Shown piece after piece: positions 43,235-52,631 of a DNA stretch of 64,000 bases. Positions within the stretch are counted from its first letter, which is position 1. Every line of letters starts with the position of its first letter. The position numbers and the translations under genes are program-made. The stretch is from Candidatus Jorgensenbacteria bacterium GW2011_GWA1_48_11 (GTDB lineage Bacteria; Patescibacteriota; Minisyncoccia; UBA6257; GWB1-50-10): contig LCPF01000001.1 of assembly GCA_001003475.1 (NCBI GenBank), positions 37,910 through 101,909 on the forward strand, read 5' to 3'. The notes under the pieces are model-generated. The model worked only from the letters and a program-made list of their open reading frames with translations. It was not told the DNA's origin and ran no database searches.

Positions 43235-44280
43235 TTTTTTATGCTCATCCACGAAGGGACATTGGGCTTTTTGGACAGATCGTATTCTTCCCGGACAAAA
43301 TATTTTTCTATAAAATCCTTCGCTGGCTTGTTCTTTTCGGTCTCTTTGAAAACAATCGAAAGCTTTTTGGCGTTTTCCGACAGGGCTTCTCCGGCAATGA
43401 AGCCCAAAAACGCCTCCTCCGCTCCCCGACCGAGGGCCCGGCAACTCATTAAAAGCGATTCCACCTTCCAAGCCTCCTGATTTCGTTCAACTAAAGCGAG
43501 GGCAATTATTCCGTAGTCGCCGAATTTATCCCGCAATCCTCCGTGAAAAACAATATGTTTCGGACTCAAAATATATTTTTTTATTTCTTCCTCGCTTAAC
43601 GGATTTTTATTGGTGTTAAATTGGTTGGTTTTCCCGGTAAGCTGAGCCAACCGCGCAACGGCAGAATCGTCATCTTTATAAACGGATAATTCAAGGGAAA
43701 GATTCCGAAGAAAGTCTTCTTTCAATTGATAGCTGTTTTCTTCTTCTTTCCTTAAACGTTCCGTGACATACAGATTGCCCCTCATCTTGTCTTCTTCGGT
43801 AAAGGCCTCCGCCGGAAAATAATCCAGTGAATTCAGGAAATTCGTGAGTTGAGACGGGTCGGTGGGCAGATCGGGCGCCTCCACCTCCGGCAGAAGAGCA
43901 CGGACCATTTCCCGGTTCATCGGATCGTCGTCCAAAAATACCATGGAATCAAGACCGATATTCAATTCTTCGGCGAGCTCTCTTAAATTCTGGACCTTAT
44001 CGTTCCAATTCATTCGAACGGCCGCAAAATTATCTTCCCTTAAAATCATATTCGGATGCGTCCGAATCGCCCTCCAGGCGTCTTCCGGATTGTTCCGACT
44101 GTTGATCGCGAGGATCACGCCACGGTTATAATGATCGAGCAAGGCCTGCTGAAACGCCACAAAACCGCTCCCCGGCGGCGTCAAAGAAAGAGCGATATTC
44201 TCCATGCCTTCTTCGCCAATAACGCCTCCCCAAAGGGTGTTGTCCAGATCTAAAACAATGCACTTTTTGTTTGTCTTCAT
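43231..44280 (-). CDS. HAD-superfamily subfamily IIIC / FkbH-like protein
   Basis: HAD motif I DLDNTLWGG at the N-terminus and 349 aa; overlaps the ACP start by 4 nt, which is the FkbH-ACP pairing seen in glyceryl-ACP pathways. Confidence 0.65.
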   Translation of the reverse strand: MKTNKKCIVLDLDNTLWGGVIGEEGMENIALSLTPPGSGFVAFQQALLDHYNRGVILAINSRNNPEDAWRAIRTHPNMILREDNFAAVRMNWNDKVQNLRELAEELNIGLDSMVFLDDDPMNREMVRALLPEVEAPDLPTDPSQLTNFLNSLDYFPAEAFTEEDKMRGNLYVTERLRKEEENSYQLKEDFLRNLSLELSVYKDDDSAVARLAQLTGKTNQFNTNKNPLSEEEIKKYILSPKHIVFHGGLRDKFGDYGIIALALVERNQEAWKVESLLMSCRALGRGAEEAFLGFIAGEALSENAKKLSIVFKETEKNKPAKDFIEKYFVREEYDLSKKPNVPSWMSIKK

Positions 44281-44621
44281 TTTTTTATTGCAATGGCCGC
44301 AGCTATTTTGTTCGTGTGGCTTATCGACAACAAAATCGAACGCTGAAGCCGATTATTTATCCAGACTGTCGGTTGACCGTTTTTCTTTCTCACGATTTCT
44401 ACCGAGGAGAAAAGAAAATCTTTTTGCCCCAGCGTCTTGAAAACCGCCTCCTTGGCCGCGAAAGTCCCCGCCAAATGCGGCGCGGCGTCCCGGAAAGAAA
44501 AACAATAATCAAGCTCTCTTTTGGTGTAGCTGCCCGAGAGAAACGGGCTTTTTTGGCCCTTTTTGAAAGAATCGAATCTTCTGATTTCTAAAATGTCTAG
44601 ACCCAATCCCCTCAAGCGCAT
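44277..44621 (-). CDS. acpS: holo-ACP synthase-type 4'-phosphopantetheinyl transferase
   Basis: GLDILEIRRF (GxDxxE) and FAAKEAVFK motifs; about 114 aa from MRLRGLG. The track's 208-aa version extends upstream in-frame across the next gene and is unlikely. Confidence 0.6.
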   Translation of the reverse strand: MRLRGLGLDILEIRRFDSFKKGQKSPFLSGSYTKRELDYCFSFRDAAPHLAGTFAAKEAVFKTLGQKDFLFSSVEIVRKKNGQPTVWINNRLQRSILLSISHTNKIAAAIAIKK

Positions 44622-44683
44622 TTCGTGATTATTATCACTCAAGTCCCGGGCCTTGGCAACATATTGACGCCCATAGTTATCTT

Positions 44684-45787
44684 TTATTTGATCTTTTCCG
44701 CCAAAAAATCCATGACCGCCCTGGCCATCACTCGGTGGCCAGCCGGCGAAAAATGATAATCGTAGTAATAGAATAATTTTTTCCGCGGGTCTTTCGTTTT
44801 TTCCGCAAGAAATGATTCGTAGGAATCTCCGAACCAGATGCCCCGGCTTTTCAAAAAATCGTAAACATAATCGCGATAAGACCGGCCCCCGTTGCCGGCA
44901 CATTCTTTCTTGATGGCGGCATCCAGATTCAAAGTGTTAATTTGAAATTTATAAATGGGCTCGTTGTCAAAAATATGCATATAATTGACGAGGTAAACAC
45001 CGATTTCCGCCCCGGCATCATTGACCATTTTCTTTATGCCGTCTATGTAATGTCCCGTTTTTTTCTGGAACCAATCATCGGCGTATTCGTCACGGGAACA
45101 CAGAAACTTGACCCAATCGGGACTGGCCTGTCCTTTCAAATATTCCGGCCAAAGGACGTTGTGCAGTCGGGGGAATTCGCGGCCGGCTAAAACGTCCAAA
45201 TAGCGAAGGGCCCAAAATTTTTGCAGAAGCCAAAGTTTGGATTGGCTTTTGGGTCTTAGGGGCAGGTTTTGATTGTCGAAAACAAAGCCGAATTGGTCCT
45301 CAAAATTAAAATCGTCGGCCAAATCGTTGGGGGACAAGAATAAAATAACCACATCCGGTTTCAACGCCGGCAGGTATTTCCTAAGCTGCAAAATGTATTG
45401 CGCCGGCGAACCATTCTGGATCGCGCCATTTATAATCCGCCAGCCACTCTGGCCCGCCGCATTTAACGACTGCTGAACAAGGCTGTAAAAACGCTCGTCA
45501 TTCGAAACGCCGTCAGCCTCGACGAAGGAATCCCCCAAGAACAATATCCTTTTCTCCCCGGTTTTTTTCTCGCCAACGTCATCTTTCATCCTGAAACCGA
45601 TATTGTTCGTATAATCTTCCCCGATATCAAACTGTTCGGCGGGCAATTCAGCCGGCAGTTTTTTTAAAACCTCAAGCGTATCGTGGGCGTAGATCGTCCT
45701 TTTGACGTTCGGCCGGAGCGATCTTATGAGATCCGGATCGGGCTGAAAAGCGATATCTTGTTTGTAAAGCCTGACGCCCATCTCCAC
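44684..45787 (-). CDS. SGNH/GDSL hydrolase-family protein
   Basis: ILFLGDSFVEADG is SGNH block I (GDSx); soluble. Confidence 0.55.
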   Translation of the reverse strand: MEMGVRLYKQDIAFQPDPDLIRSLRPNVKRTIYAHDTLEVLKKLPAELPAEQFDIGEDYTNNIGFRMKDDVGEKKTGEKRILFLGDSFVEADGVSNDERFYSLVQQSLNAAGQSGWRIINGAIQNGSPAQYILQLRKYLPALKPDVVILFLSPNDLADDFNFEDQFGFVFDNQNLPLRPKSQSKLWLLQKFWALRYLDVLAGREFPRLHNVLWPEYLKGQASPDWVKFLCSRDEYADDWFQKKTGHYIDGIKKMVNDAGAEIGVYLVNYMHIFDNEPIYKFQINTLNLDAAIKKECAGNGGRSYRDYVYDFLKSRGIWFGDSYESFLAEKTKDPRKKLFYYYDYHFSPAGHRVMARAVMDFLAEKIK

Positions 45788-45847
45788 TAAAAAGAAAGAA
45801 AAACGCCCAAAACGACCAATCCGGTTTTTTTCAGAAATTCTTTCATT

Positions 45848-46900
45848 TCAGTCGTTTAACAAATCGACGATCCCGCTCTTCGCGGCCAGGGCGTGACCGA
45901 AAACGTTCCAATGGCCCTCGTGGGGAAAGTAATATTTTTCCGAATCATTCAATATTTGGGGAGTCAAATCCACGAAAGGAATTTTTTCTTCCCGTAAAAT
46001 GTCGCCGATTTTCGAACCGAGCTCTTTCTCCAGATAGTTATGCTTGATATTCATCGAGGGAACGACCAAAACGACCAATTTTTTGCCGGCCAGCTTCTTA
46101 ACGGTTTCTTTCAAAATCAACCTGATGACCTCGAAGTTCTTTTCATAATCATTCGGATTTTTCACCAACCCCCCTTTTTCCAAAATGGGATAAAATTGGT
46201 CCTTAACCAGATTTTTGACGAGGTCAAAAGACTTCAATTTTAAAATCCAGGACAGGGAGTCATAAAATAATCTGTTCTTAATGCGGGTGTCAACGTTCTC
46301 GAGCCGGGCCTTTTCGTCGGGCGGAGGCACGTTTTTCACGGCAAGTTTGCCGTCTTCGATATCGAAATAAGGCTTGTATCTGTCGCCTTGATAGGGGTGG
46401 TCCAGGACAACATCCTCAATGTCATTGCCAAGATACAGGGCGTAAACGACAACGTCCGGGTCGTATTTCAAGGCCTGGTTTTGAAGAAGGAGCAGGTACT
46501 GGCCGGGGTCGTAACCGGAGACGCCGAAATCCATGACCTCGTCGTTCGTCTCGGTTTCGATCAATTTCGAGAAGGCTTGATCAAGCGGGACGCCGACGCC
46601 AAAAACGAACGAATCGCCCAGGACGGCGATCCTTTTCTTCGTCTTGATACGCAGGAAATCCGCATCACTCCTAAATCCCTGAGCGTTCGTTTTATAGACA
46701 ACATTAAAATCTCGGCTTGCCTGCTTTACGGAAACATTCGGCAGCATCGACCAGCCCAAAAGGTCATCGTAACGATAAAGGCTACCGCTTATTTCCTCCA
46801 CATAAGGTTTTTCGACCAAGGTGTCGGAAATTCGCAAAATAGCCTCCACCATGGCCAGGCTCAAAATCAAGCCGAGCAGAATCAAAAATATCTTTTTCAT
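45848..46900 (-). CDS. SGNH/GDSL hydrolase-family protein, membrane-anchored
   Basis: N-terminal TM; IAVLGDSFVFGVG is SGNH block I; paralogous to 44684..45787. Confidence 0.55.
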   Translation of the reverse strand: MKKIFLILLGLILSLAMVEAILRISDTLVEKPYVEEISGSLYRYDDLLGWSMLPNVSVKQASRDFNVVYKTNAQGFRSDADFLRIKTKKRIAVLGDSFVFGVGVPLDQAFSKLIETETNDEVMDFGVSGYDPGQYLLLLQNQALKYDPDVVVYALYLGNDIEDVVLDHPYQGDRYKPYFDIEDGKLAVKNVPPPDEKARLENVDTRIKNRLFYDSLSWILKLKSFDLVKNLVKDQFYPILEKGGLVKNPNDYEKNFEVIRLILKETVKKLAGKKLVVLVVPSMNIKHNYLEKELGSKIGDILREEKIPFVDLTPQILNDSEKYYFPHEGHWNVFGHALAAKSGIVDLLND

Positions 46901-47856
46901 TTCAATTGCGCGACTATGAAAAGGTTGGTGCCTCGAATATAGAAAACCCTGCTCAAAATATAGATCGGCGGCAAAAGGATCAAGCCCAAGATTAAAGAAA
47001 GGAACCGCTTAAGCCGAGAAAGAAACAAAATCAAGCCATGGCCGATGAGTTTCCCGTCGTGAGGATGTTTATCGCCACGCTCCTGACCCGCAACGGTTGC
47101 AAGGCCGGTAGCGGTATTAATCTGAATCAATCCCAAGACGAAATTAAGCACCTGGGCCAAACTGCTTATCCTTTCCTCATTAAGATAAATGGTCTTGAAA
47201 CCGCGGGTCGCCAAAAAATTCGAAAGCGAGTCGGCGTTCCAGCGGGTCAGATGATGAGGCGGGTAATCCCATCCTTCCCTTCTCTTCCGTAAATTGAATT
47301 TCAGTTCTGTTCTTCTTTCGTTCGGCAGATCAATGATGATAACCCCTTCATCGGATAGCGCTTCTTTGATTTGATTCAAGAGCCGGTTTGGGTCTTCAAC
47401 GTGTTCAAGAATATGGATCAAAACGACAAAATCGAATTTCTGCCCGAGTTTTTCAAACCCCCCGCCAATGTCGCCAACCAGGACGTTTTTCAATCCGAGC
47501 GTTTTGGCATAGGCTACGGCTTGGCCGTTGAAATCAATGCCGTAAACATCATATCCTTTTTTTTCGGCCATTTTTAAAAACCACCCCGGGCCGCAAGCAA
47601 CTTCCAATAATTTGCCGGTCCTAAAGCCCAGAGAATCCAGGGAATTAAAAACCTCCCGGAATTCCCATTTTTTCTCGCTGTAACCTCCTGCCAAAGCGCC
47701 GTACGATTCTTCGTAATATTCCCGGCTGCCGGCCCTCATCGGATGGGTAAAAACGACCCGGCAATCGCCACAGCGATAGAAAACGCCTTCTCGAAATCGT
47801 TCTTCCGGTTTAGTCTTGCTGCTTCCGCAAATAGGGCAATTCATTTTTCTAGCCAA
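46897..47856 (-). CDS. class I SAM-dependent methyltransferase with N-terminal zinc ribbon and C-terminal membrane segment
   Basis: CPICGS...CGDC zinc ribbon; motif I LEVACGPGWF; C-terminal hydrophobic helices. Confidence 0.7.
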   Translation of the reverse strand: MARKMNCPICGSSKTKPEERFREGVFYRCGDCRVVFTHPMRAGSREYYEESYGALAGGYSEKKWEFREVFNSLDSLGFRTGKLLEVACGPGWFLKMAEKKGYDVYGIDFNGQAVAYAKTLGLKNVLVGDIGGGFEKLGQKFDFVVLIHILEHVEDPNRLLNQIKEALSDEGVIIIDLPNERRTELKFNLRKRREGWDYPPHHLTRWNADSLSNFLATRGFKTIYLNEERISSLAQVLNFVLGLIQINTATGLATVAGQERGDKHPHDGKLIGHGLILFLSRLKRFLSLILGLILLPPIYILSRVFYIRGTNLFIVAQLK

Positions 47857-49004
47857 CCGGCTTGTTTGAAAAAATCGACCCAGCGCCCGATAAAGACACC
47901 GATCGACAGATCGCCAACTTTTTTTGAATTGTTCCGACCCATTTCTTCCCTTAGAACCGGATTCTTATAAAGATACAATATTTTTTCGGCCAAAGCATCG
48001 GCCGACCCGGCCGGAACAACGAATCCGTTAACGCCGTTTTCGATGATGTCCTGGCCGGCGCTGTGATCGGTGGTCACGACCGGCAAGCCAAATCCCATCG
48101 CTTCCACCAAAACCTGACCAAAGCCGTCGTCTAAGGTTGGAAATGCAAAAATGTCGGCCCGCCCATACAACTCGCCTATCTTATGATGAGGCACCGCGCC
48201 GGCATACTCAAAGCAATCCGCATATTTTCGCATAATCGGTTTCATTTCTTCGGAAACATTGCCGGCTAATATCAGCCCGATCTTTTTATTTCCAATCTTA
48301 GAAACTGCCTCCAATAAATACTGCACGCCCTTGCCCAAAGCGATATTGCCCACGTAAAGGACCCGGAAAATGTCGCGTTTTTCCTTGGTCGGTTCGGGAT
48401 GCCTGCCGAAAAACAAATTCTCCGAACCGAGGGGAAAATGAATCATTTTTTCCGGATCAATGCCGGCGGCGACATAGGTTCCGGCGGCGTAAGAAGAAGG
48501 GGTAAAGATAGCGTCGGCCGCCTCATACTCTTCTTTCTCTCTCTGAATCGTCTTCTCATCAATCGGAAGGTACGTCGAATTCCATTTTAAAAATTCCGCC
48601 CGCCTGATAGCATCGGAAAAAACAACGTGGGACGAACCGCGGTACAGGATCGTTTTGGCGCCGATCTTTTTCGCCGCCTTAATCGTCTCCAGCGCACAAG
48701 AAGACCTTGCTATTACCACACTGCTGCCCGCAATTTGCCTCGCGGCCCAAACATCAAACCATTTGCTGTCCCAGTAGTCGGTGCGTAAAATCTTTCTTAA
48801 AAACGGCTGCGCGAGCCGCGGCCAAAGAAAAACCCTCACCTTATCCGGACTTACGACTTCCAGGTCTTTTCTCCGCCAAGCCAAGCATCGACTCTTCGGA
48901 CCGTAGAAATCGGTAAGCAGGAGATGGAGCATTCCCTTTTTTTCAAACCCTTCTGCCCAGCGAAACAAATCAAACTTTCCGTAAGCCGATATGGTAATTT
49001 TCAT
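47841..49004 (-). CDS. glycosyltransferase family 4
   Basis: GT-B with a C-terminal GT1 motif (GFGLPVVEAMGFGLPVVTTD). Confidence 0.8.
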   Translation of the reverse strand: MKITISAYGKFDLFRWAEGFEKKGMLHLLLTDFYGPKSRCLAWRRKDLEVVSPDKVRVFLWPRLAQPFLRKILRTDYWDSKWFDVWAARQIAGSSVVIARSSCALETIKAAKKIGAKTILYRGSSHVVFSDAIRRAEFLKWNSTYLPIDEKTIQREKEEYEAADAIFTPSSYAAGTYVAAGIDPEKMIHFPLGSENLFFGRHPEPTKEKRDIFRVLYVGNIALGKGVQYLLEAVSKIGNKKIGLILAGNVSEEMKPIMRKYADCFEYAGAVPHHKIGELYGRADIFAFPTLDDGFGQVLVEAMGFGLPVVTTDHSAGQDIIENGVNGFVVPAGSADALAEKILYLYKNPVLREEMGRNNSKKVGDLSIGVFIGRWVDFFKQAGWLEK

Positions 49005-49007
49005 GTT

Positions 49008-49946
49008 TTAAGATTGATGTTTTTGGATTTGATAGGATAACAGCCTTAAAAAACTTGACCACTTGCCGTAAATAAAGGCCGACTGCTGAATGAAATAAAG
49101 GCAAGCGAAAAGAAAAACGTCCCTAAATCGGCGGGAAGAATAATGCGAGAGACGAAAACCGGTAAAAACAGCGGGGACTATTAAAGCCAGACCTAAAACG
49201 GTGATAAACGTACGAATGGCCGCCCGGACGAAAATCTCCAAAAGGGATTTTTCTTCGAGAAAAAAGCTGGCAATTGCGCTCACCCTTTCCTTCTGGATTC
49301 GCCAGAAATCCCGAAAACGGTGGGGTGCAAAATGTTTAACCGTAATCGACAAATCAACGGCTTTCTTGTATCTGCCGACTTTCAGTTTTTTGCCGAAATA
49401 GCCGTCTTCGCCGGCCGTTAATTTCACCGGCGGCGTCGGAAATAAACCAATGGCAATGACTACGCTCTTCCGACAGGAAAACCCTTCCGTCCATTCGGCG
49501 GCCGAGTAATCACCTTCGTTTCTGTAGTGGAAGCGATGCAGAGCCTCAACGAATCTGGCGAAGACATTTTCCTGATTGATCACCTCGGCATTGACCAAAA
49601 CATAATCGGCGCCGGCGGCGTAATGTTCTAAAATCCTGATTATGAAATCGGGCGGCAAAATAACGTCCGCGTTCAGGATTACAACTACTTCCCCCTTGGC
49701 GGCCAGAATGCCGTCATTCCGGGCGCCGCAGCGACCGCCAAAGTTTTTCTCCCGTTTAATCAACCTGACGGGGCCGATTTTTTCGTAGCGACCGACAATA
49801 GCCGGAGTTTCATCGGTAGAATCATCAACCACGATGATTTCCTTAAGGGGGTGGTCCAAGGCCAAACACGCATCAAGAGTCTTTTTAATGTCTTCCGCCT
49901 CGTTGAAAGTGGGGATGACAATGCTGACGAAAGTTTCCTTAAGCAT
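49008..49946 (-). CDS. glycosyltransferase family 2 (with C-terminal TM)
   Basis: VSIVIPTFNEAEDI...VVDDSTD is the GT-A signature. Confidence 0.8.
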   Translation of the reverse strand: MLKETFVSIVIPTFNEAEDIKKTLDACLALDHPLKEIIVVDDSTDETPAIVGRYEKIGPVRLIKREKNFGGRCGARNDGILAAKGEVVVILNADVILPPDFIIRILEHYAAGADYVLVNAEVINQENVFARFVEALHRFHYRNEGDYSAAEWTEGFSCRKSVVIAIGLFPTPPVKLTAGEDGYFGKKLKVGRYKKAVDLSITVKHFAPHRFRDFWRIQKERVSAIASFFLEEKSLLEIFVRAAIRTFITVLGLALIVPAVFTGFRLSHYSSRRFRDVFLFACLYFIQQSAFIYGKWSSFLRLLSYQIQKHQS

Positions 49947-49961
49947 TACCTTGATAATATC

Positions 49962-50708
49962 TTATGCTCGGTAAATGGCCAAAATGCAACTCGTTTGTTT
50001 TAAATCGGCGTTGTCAACGGAAATCAATTTATAAGACAAATCCAAAAGCAGTTTGGCGCAGTCTTCGCGGCGCTTTGAATCGTCGATGGACAGGTAAATG
50101 ACCGGGTGGCGGCGCCGCAAAACAGTCGTAGCCCCCCTCAAAACGAAATATTCCGCCCCCTCAACGTCGATTTTTATGAAATCCGGCGTTGGCAATCTGC
50201 CGCCCGCCACCTCCTCATCGATAGAAACGGTCTTAACGATGATCTTCCCCGCTTCGTCGATTCTGCCGGTAAAAGCATTTGAGCCTTCGCTGAACGGAAA
50301 TCGACCGGACTTATCGTAAACGCCGGCCTCGATCACGTTTACGTTCGGGCATTGATTGCTAGCGATATTTTTCTTCAGGAATCTCAAATTAAACGGATTG
50401 GGCTCAAAAGCGAAAACCCGGCCCGTCGGACCGACTAAAACCGAGGATAAAAGCGAATAAAAACCGGCATGGGCGCCGATGTCAAAAACCGTATCCCCCC
50501 GCCGAAGCGTCTTCTCAAAAATTTCTTGGACTTCTATTTCATAAGTGCCGAGCCAATAGCCCAGACTGCCGGAGCCAATGACCCATTTTTTGCCGCGAAG
50601 CCGACCCTGCAGGATCGGCAGAACAGAATCCTTGGGTATCAGGCGCAAAAAACTTCTTAAGGTCCGGCCAACGAAACTATGGGTCGGTATCTTGGAAAAA
50701 TTAATCAT
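49962..50708 (-). CDS. FkbM-family methyltransferase
   Basis: FDIGAHAGFYS and IKIDVEGAE are hallmarks of the FkbM methyltransferase domain. Confidence 0.75.
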   Translation of the reverse strand: MINFSKIPTHSFVGRTLRSFLRLIPKDSVLPILQGRLRGKKWVIGSGSLGYWLGTYEIEVQEIFEKTLRRGDTVFDIGAHAGFYSLLSSVLVGPTGRVFAFEPNPFNLRFLKKNIASNQCPNVNVIEAGVYDKSGRFPFSEGSNAFTGRIDEAGKIIVKTVSIDEEVAGGRLPTPDFIKIDVEGAEYFVLRGATTVLRRRHPVIYLSIDDSKRREDCAKLLLDLSYKLISVDNADLKQTSCILAIYRA

Positions 50709-51876
50709 GGATGCTCAGGGCCTTTTTAAGGCCGTAAATATCCGCATCAAAACTGTATTTCTGGACAATTTCGAAAGATTTTTTGCCAAGAGCCGCCCTT
50801 CCGGCCCTGTCCGCGATTAGACGCCCCAAAATATCGGCCAGTTCGTTCACGTCCCCTGATTTGAAAATAAAACCGTTCACCCCGTTCCGGACCAGGTCCG
50901 GACCGCAACCGGCGATATCCGAAACGATGACCGGCAGACCGAAACACATTGCTTCGTTCACGACCAAACCCCAGGTTTCGCCAAGGCCGGAGGGCAAAAC
51001 GAAAACATCGGCCAAGGCATAATATTCGGCCAATTCTGTCTGATTCTTGAAGCCTTCAAAAAGAACGTTCCGGAGACCGGTGCGTTCCGCGTATTTTTCC
51101 AAAACCGGACGCAAAACGCCATCGCCGACGAAAACAAGAGCTTTGTCCTTGCTCCCGCTCTTTTCGTAAGCCCGCAATAAATCCAGCGGTCTTTTTTTGG
51201 AATTCAGTTTTCCCAAAAAAAGGATCACCGGTATTTCCGGCGCAAGACCGATTTTTTTCTTCAAAATCTCCCGCTTGCCGCTCAGCCGGCGCGCTTCGCC
51301 GATGAAGCGGGCGTTATCGACGGCATAAGGGGCGAAAAACAATTTTTCTTCCGGCGCTCCGTAGTACTCGTAAAACTTCCTGTTTTCTTCACCGACGTAC
51401 AGGAACGCGCTGATGCGCCTGAAAAGCGCTCCCAGGATGATTTTTTTGATATTTATTTTCCAGCCGGCCTTCAAAAATTCCTGATTCAGGGGATTCTCGC
51501 CGCGCAAAAAGACGGGCGTCCGGCGCCAAAAAGCGGCGGCCAACGCCAGCCAATTAGTAAGAGAGTTCCAGCCGAAAATCAGAACCGCTGAATATTCATT
51601 CCTCAAAATCTCCCGCCATATCCCCGGATTGATCTGGCCCCAAAATCCGCTCGAGGGATTCGGGGAATAATTCTTCAAAAAAACATGCTTGTAGCCGGCC
51701 AAAAGCGGCGTATCCCATTTTATTTGGCGGCCGAATTCCGGATCGTATTTGGCTGCCGCGCCAAAATCCCAGCAAAAATAAACCGTCAAATCAATTTGGG
51801 GATCTTCGGCTAATTTCCTGAAAAGAGGCGCTTGATATTGGATGGGGTGACTAGTAAGTACCGCTAATTTGTACAT
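50701..51876 (-). CDS. glycosyltransferase family 4
   Basis: C-terminal GT1 motif (ETWGLVVNEAMCFGLPVIVSD). I chose the start at MYKLAVL (51876) to avoid a 124-nt overlap with the upstream methyltransferase gene. Confidence 0.7.
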   Translation of the reverse strand: MYKLAVLTSHPIQYQAPLFRKLAEDPQIDLTVYFCWDFGAAAKYDPEFGRQIKWDTPLLAGYKHVFLKNYSPNPSSGFWGQINPGIWREILRNEYSAVLIFGWNSLTNWLALAAAFWRRTPVFLRGENPLNQEFLKAGWKINIKKIILGALFRRISAFLYVGEENRKFYEYYGAPEEKLFFAPYAVDNARFIGEARRLSGKREILKKKIGLAPEIPVILFLGKLNSKKRPLDLLRAYEKSGSKDKALVFVGDGVLRPVLEKYAERTGLRNVLFEGFKNQTELAEYYALADVFVLPSGLGETWGLVVNEAMCFGLPVIVSDIAGCGPDLVRNGVNGFIFKSGDVNELADILGRLIADRAGRAALGKKSFEIVQKYSFDADIYGLKKALSIHD

Positions 51877-51887
51877 ATCACCGAAAA

Positions 51888-52631
51888 TCAAAGGCCATGG
51901 CGCGACGAACCGTTCACCGAAGAAACTATGATGTTTTGGGTAAAAATCCCGCTCGGCGAACCGGTTTCGATCAAAAGATAGAACCTGACAATGAAAACGA
52001 TGAGCTGCCAAAGAACAAAACGGACAAACGACCTTATTCCGTGGACAACCGGCCCCATCGGAAAAACTTCGATGTTTTTGAATCCGAAGATCGACAAGAG
52101 CTGAGAAACGCTATTTTTGGTAAAACTGGTTTCGTGGGTAAAATCACCGTGGCGAATCCGACCCCAAAAAGGGCTTTCGGCGTTCGCGGTCTGAATTACG
52201 AGAACCCCTCCTTTCTTCAGAGACCGAGAGATCAATTCCAAAATGTTCAAAACCTCTTCCTTGGTTTGATGCTCCAGGACGTCCTTCATGAAAACAACGT
52301 CGTAGAAATCCGTTTTTTTCTTCAGAAATTCATAGATGTCGGATCGCTGGATATTTTTTATCCCCATTTTTTCAGCGGCCGCTACCTGTTCGGAACTGAC
52401 GTCTATCCCTTCTGTTTGATCAAATCCTTTTTGCTGCAGCCACCAGACAAACCCGCCGTTGCCGCAACCAAAATCACCGATCTTCGCGCTTTTTTCTTTG
52501 GGTAGAAATTTTCCGAAATATTTTTGCCAGATCGGAAATTGTCTTCTGATCGCTCCCAGACCCAAATCTCCGTACAATTGCCCAGTGTGGGTGGAAATGT
52601 ATTTTTCGTAAAACTTATCTCGATAGTTCAT
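51888..52631 (-). CDS. class I SAM-dependent methyltransferase
   Basis: Motif I IGDFGCGNGGF and motif post-I/II. Confidence 0.7.
   Translation of the reverse strand: MNYRDKFYEKYISTHTGQLYGDLGLGAIRRQFPIWQKYFGKFLPKEKSAKIGDFGCGNGGFVWWLQQKGFDQTEGIDVSSEQVAAAEKMGIKNIQRSDIYEFLKKKTDFYDVVFMKDVLEHQTKEEVLNILELISRSLKKGGVLVIQTANAESPFWGRIRHGDFTHETSFTKNSVSQLLSIFGFKNIEVFPMGPVVHGIRSFVRFVLWQLIVFIVRFYLLIETGSPSGIFTQNIIVSSVNGSSRHGL

Noticed and set aside
44622-44903. N-terminal 94-aa extension of the PPTase ORF
   Set aside because: It overlaps the upstream SGNH hydrolase gene. AcpS-type PPTases are about 115-130 aa, and MRLRGLGLDILEIRRF is the expected N-terminus.
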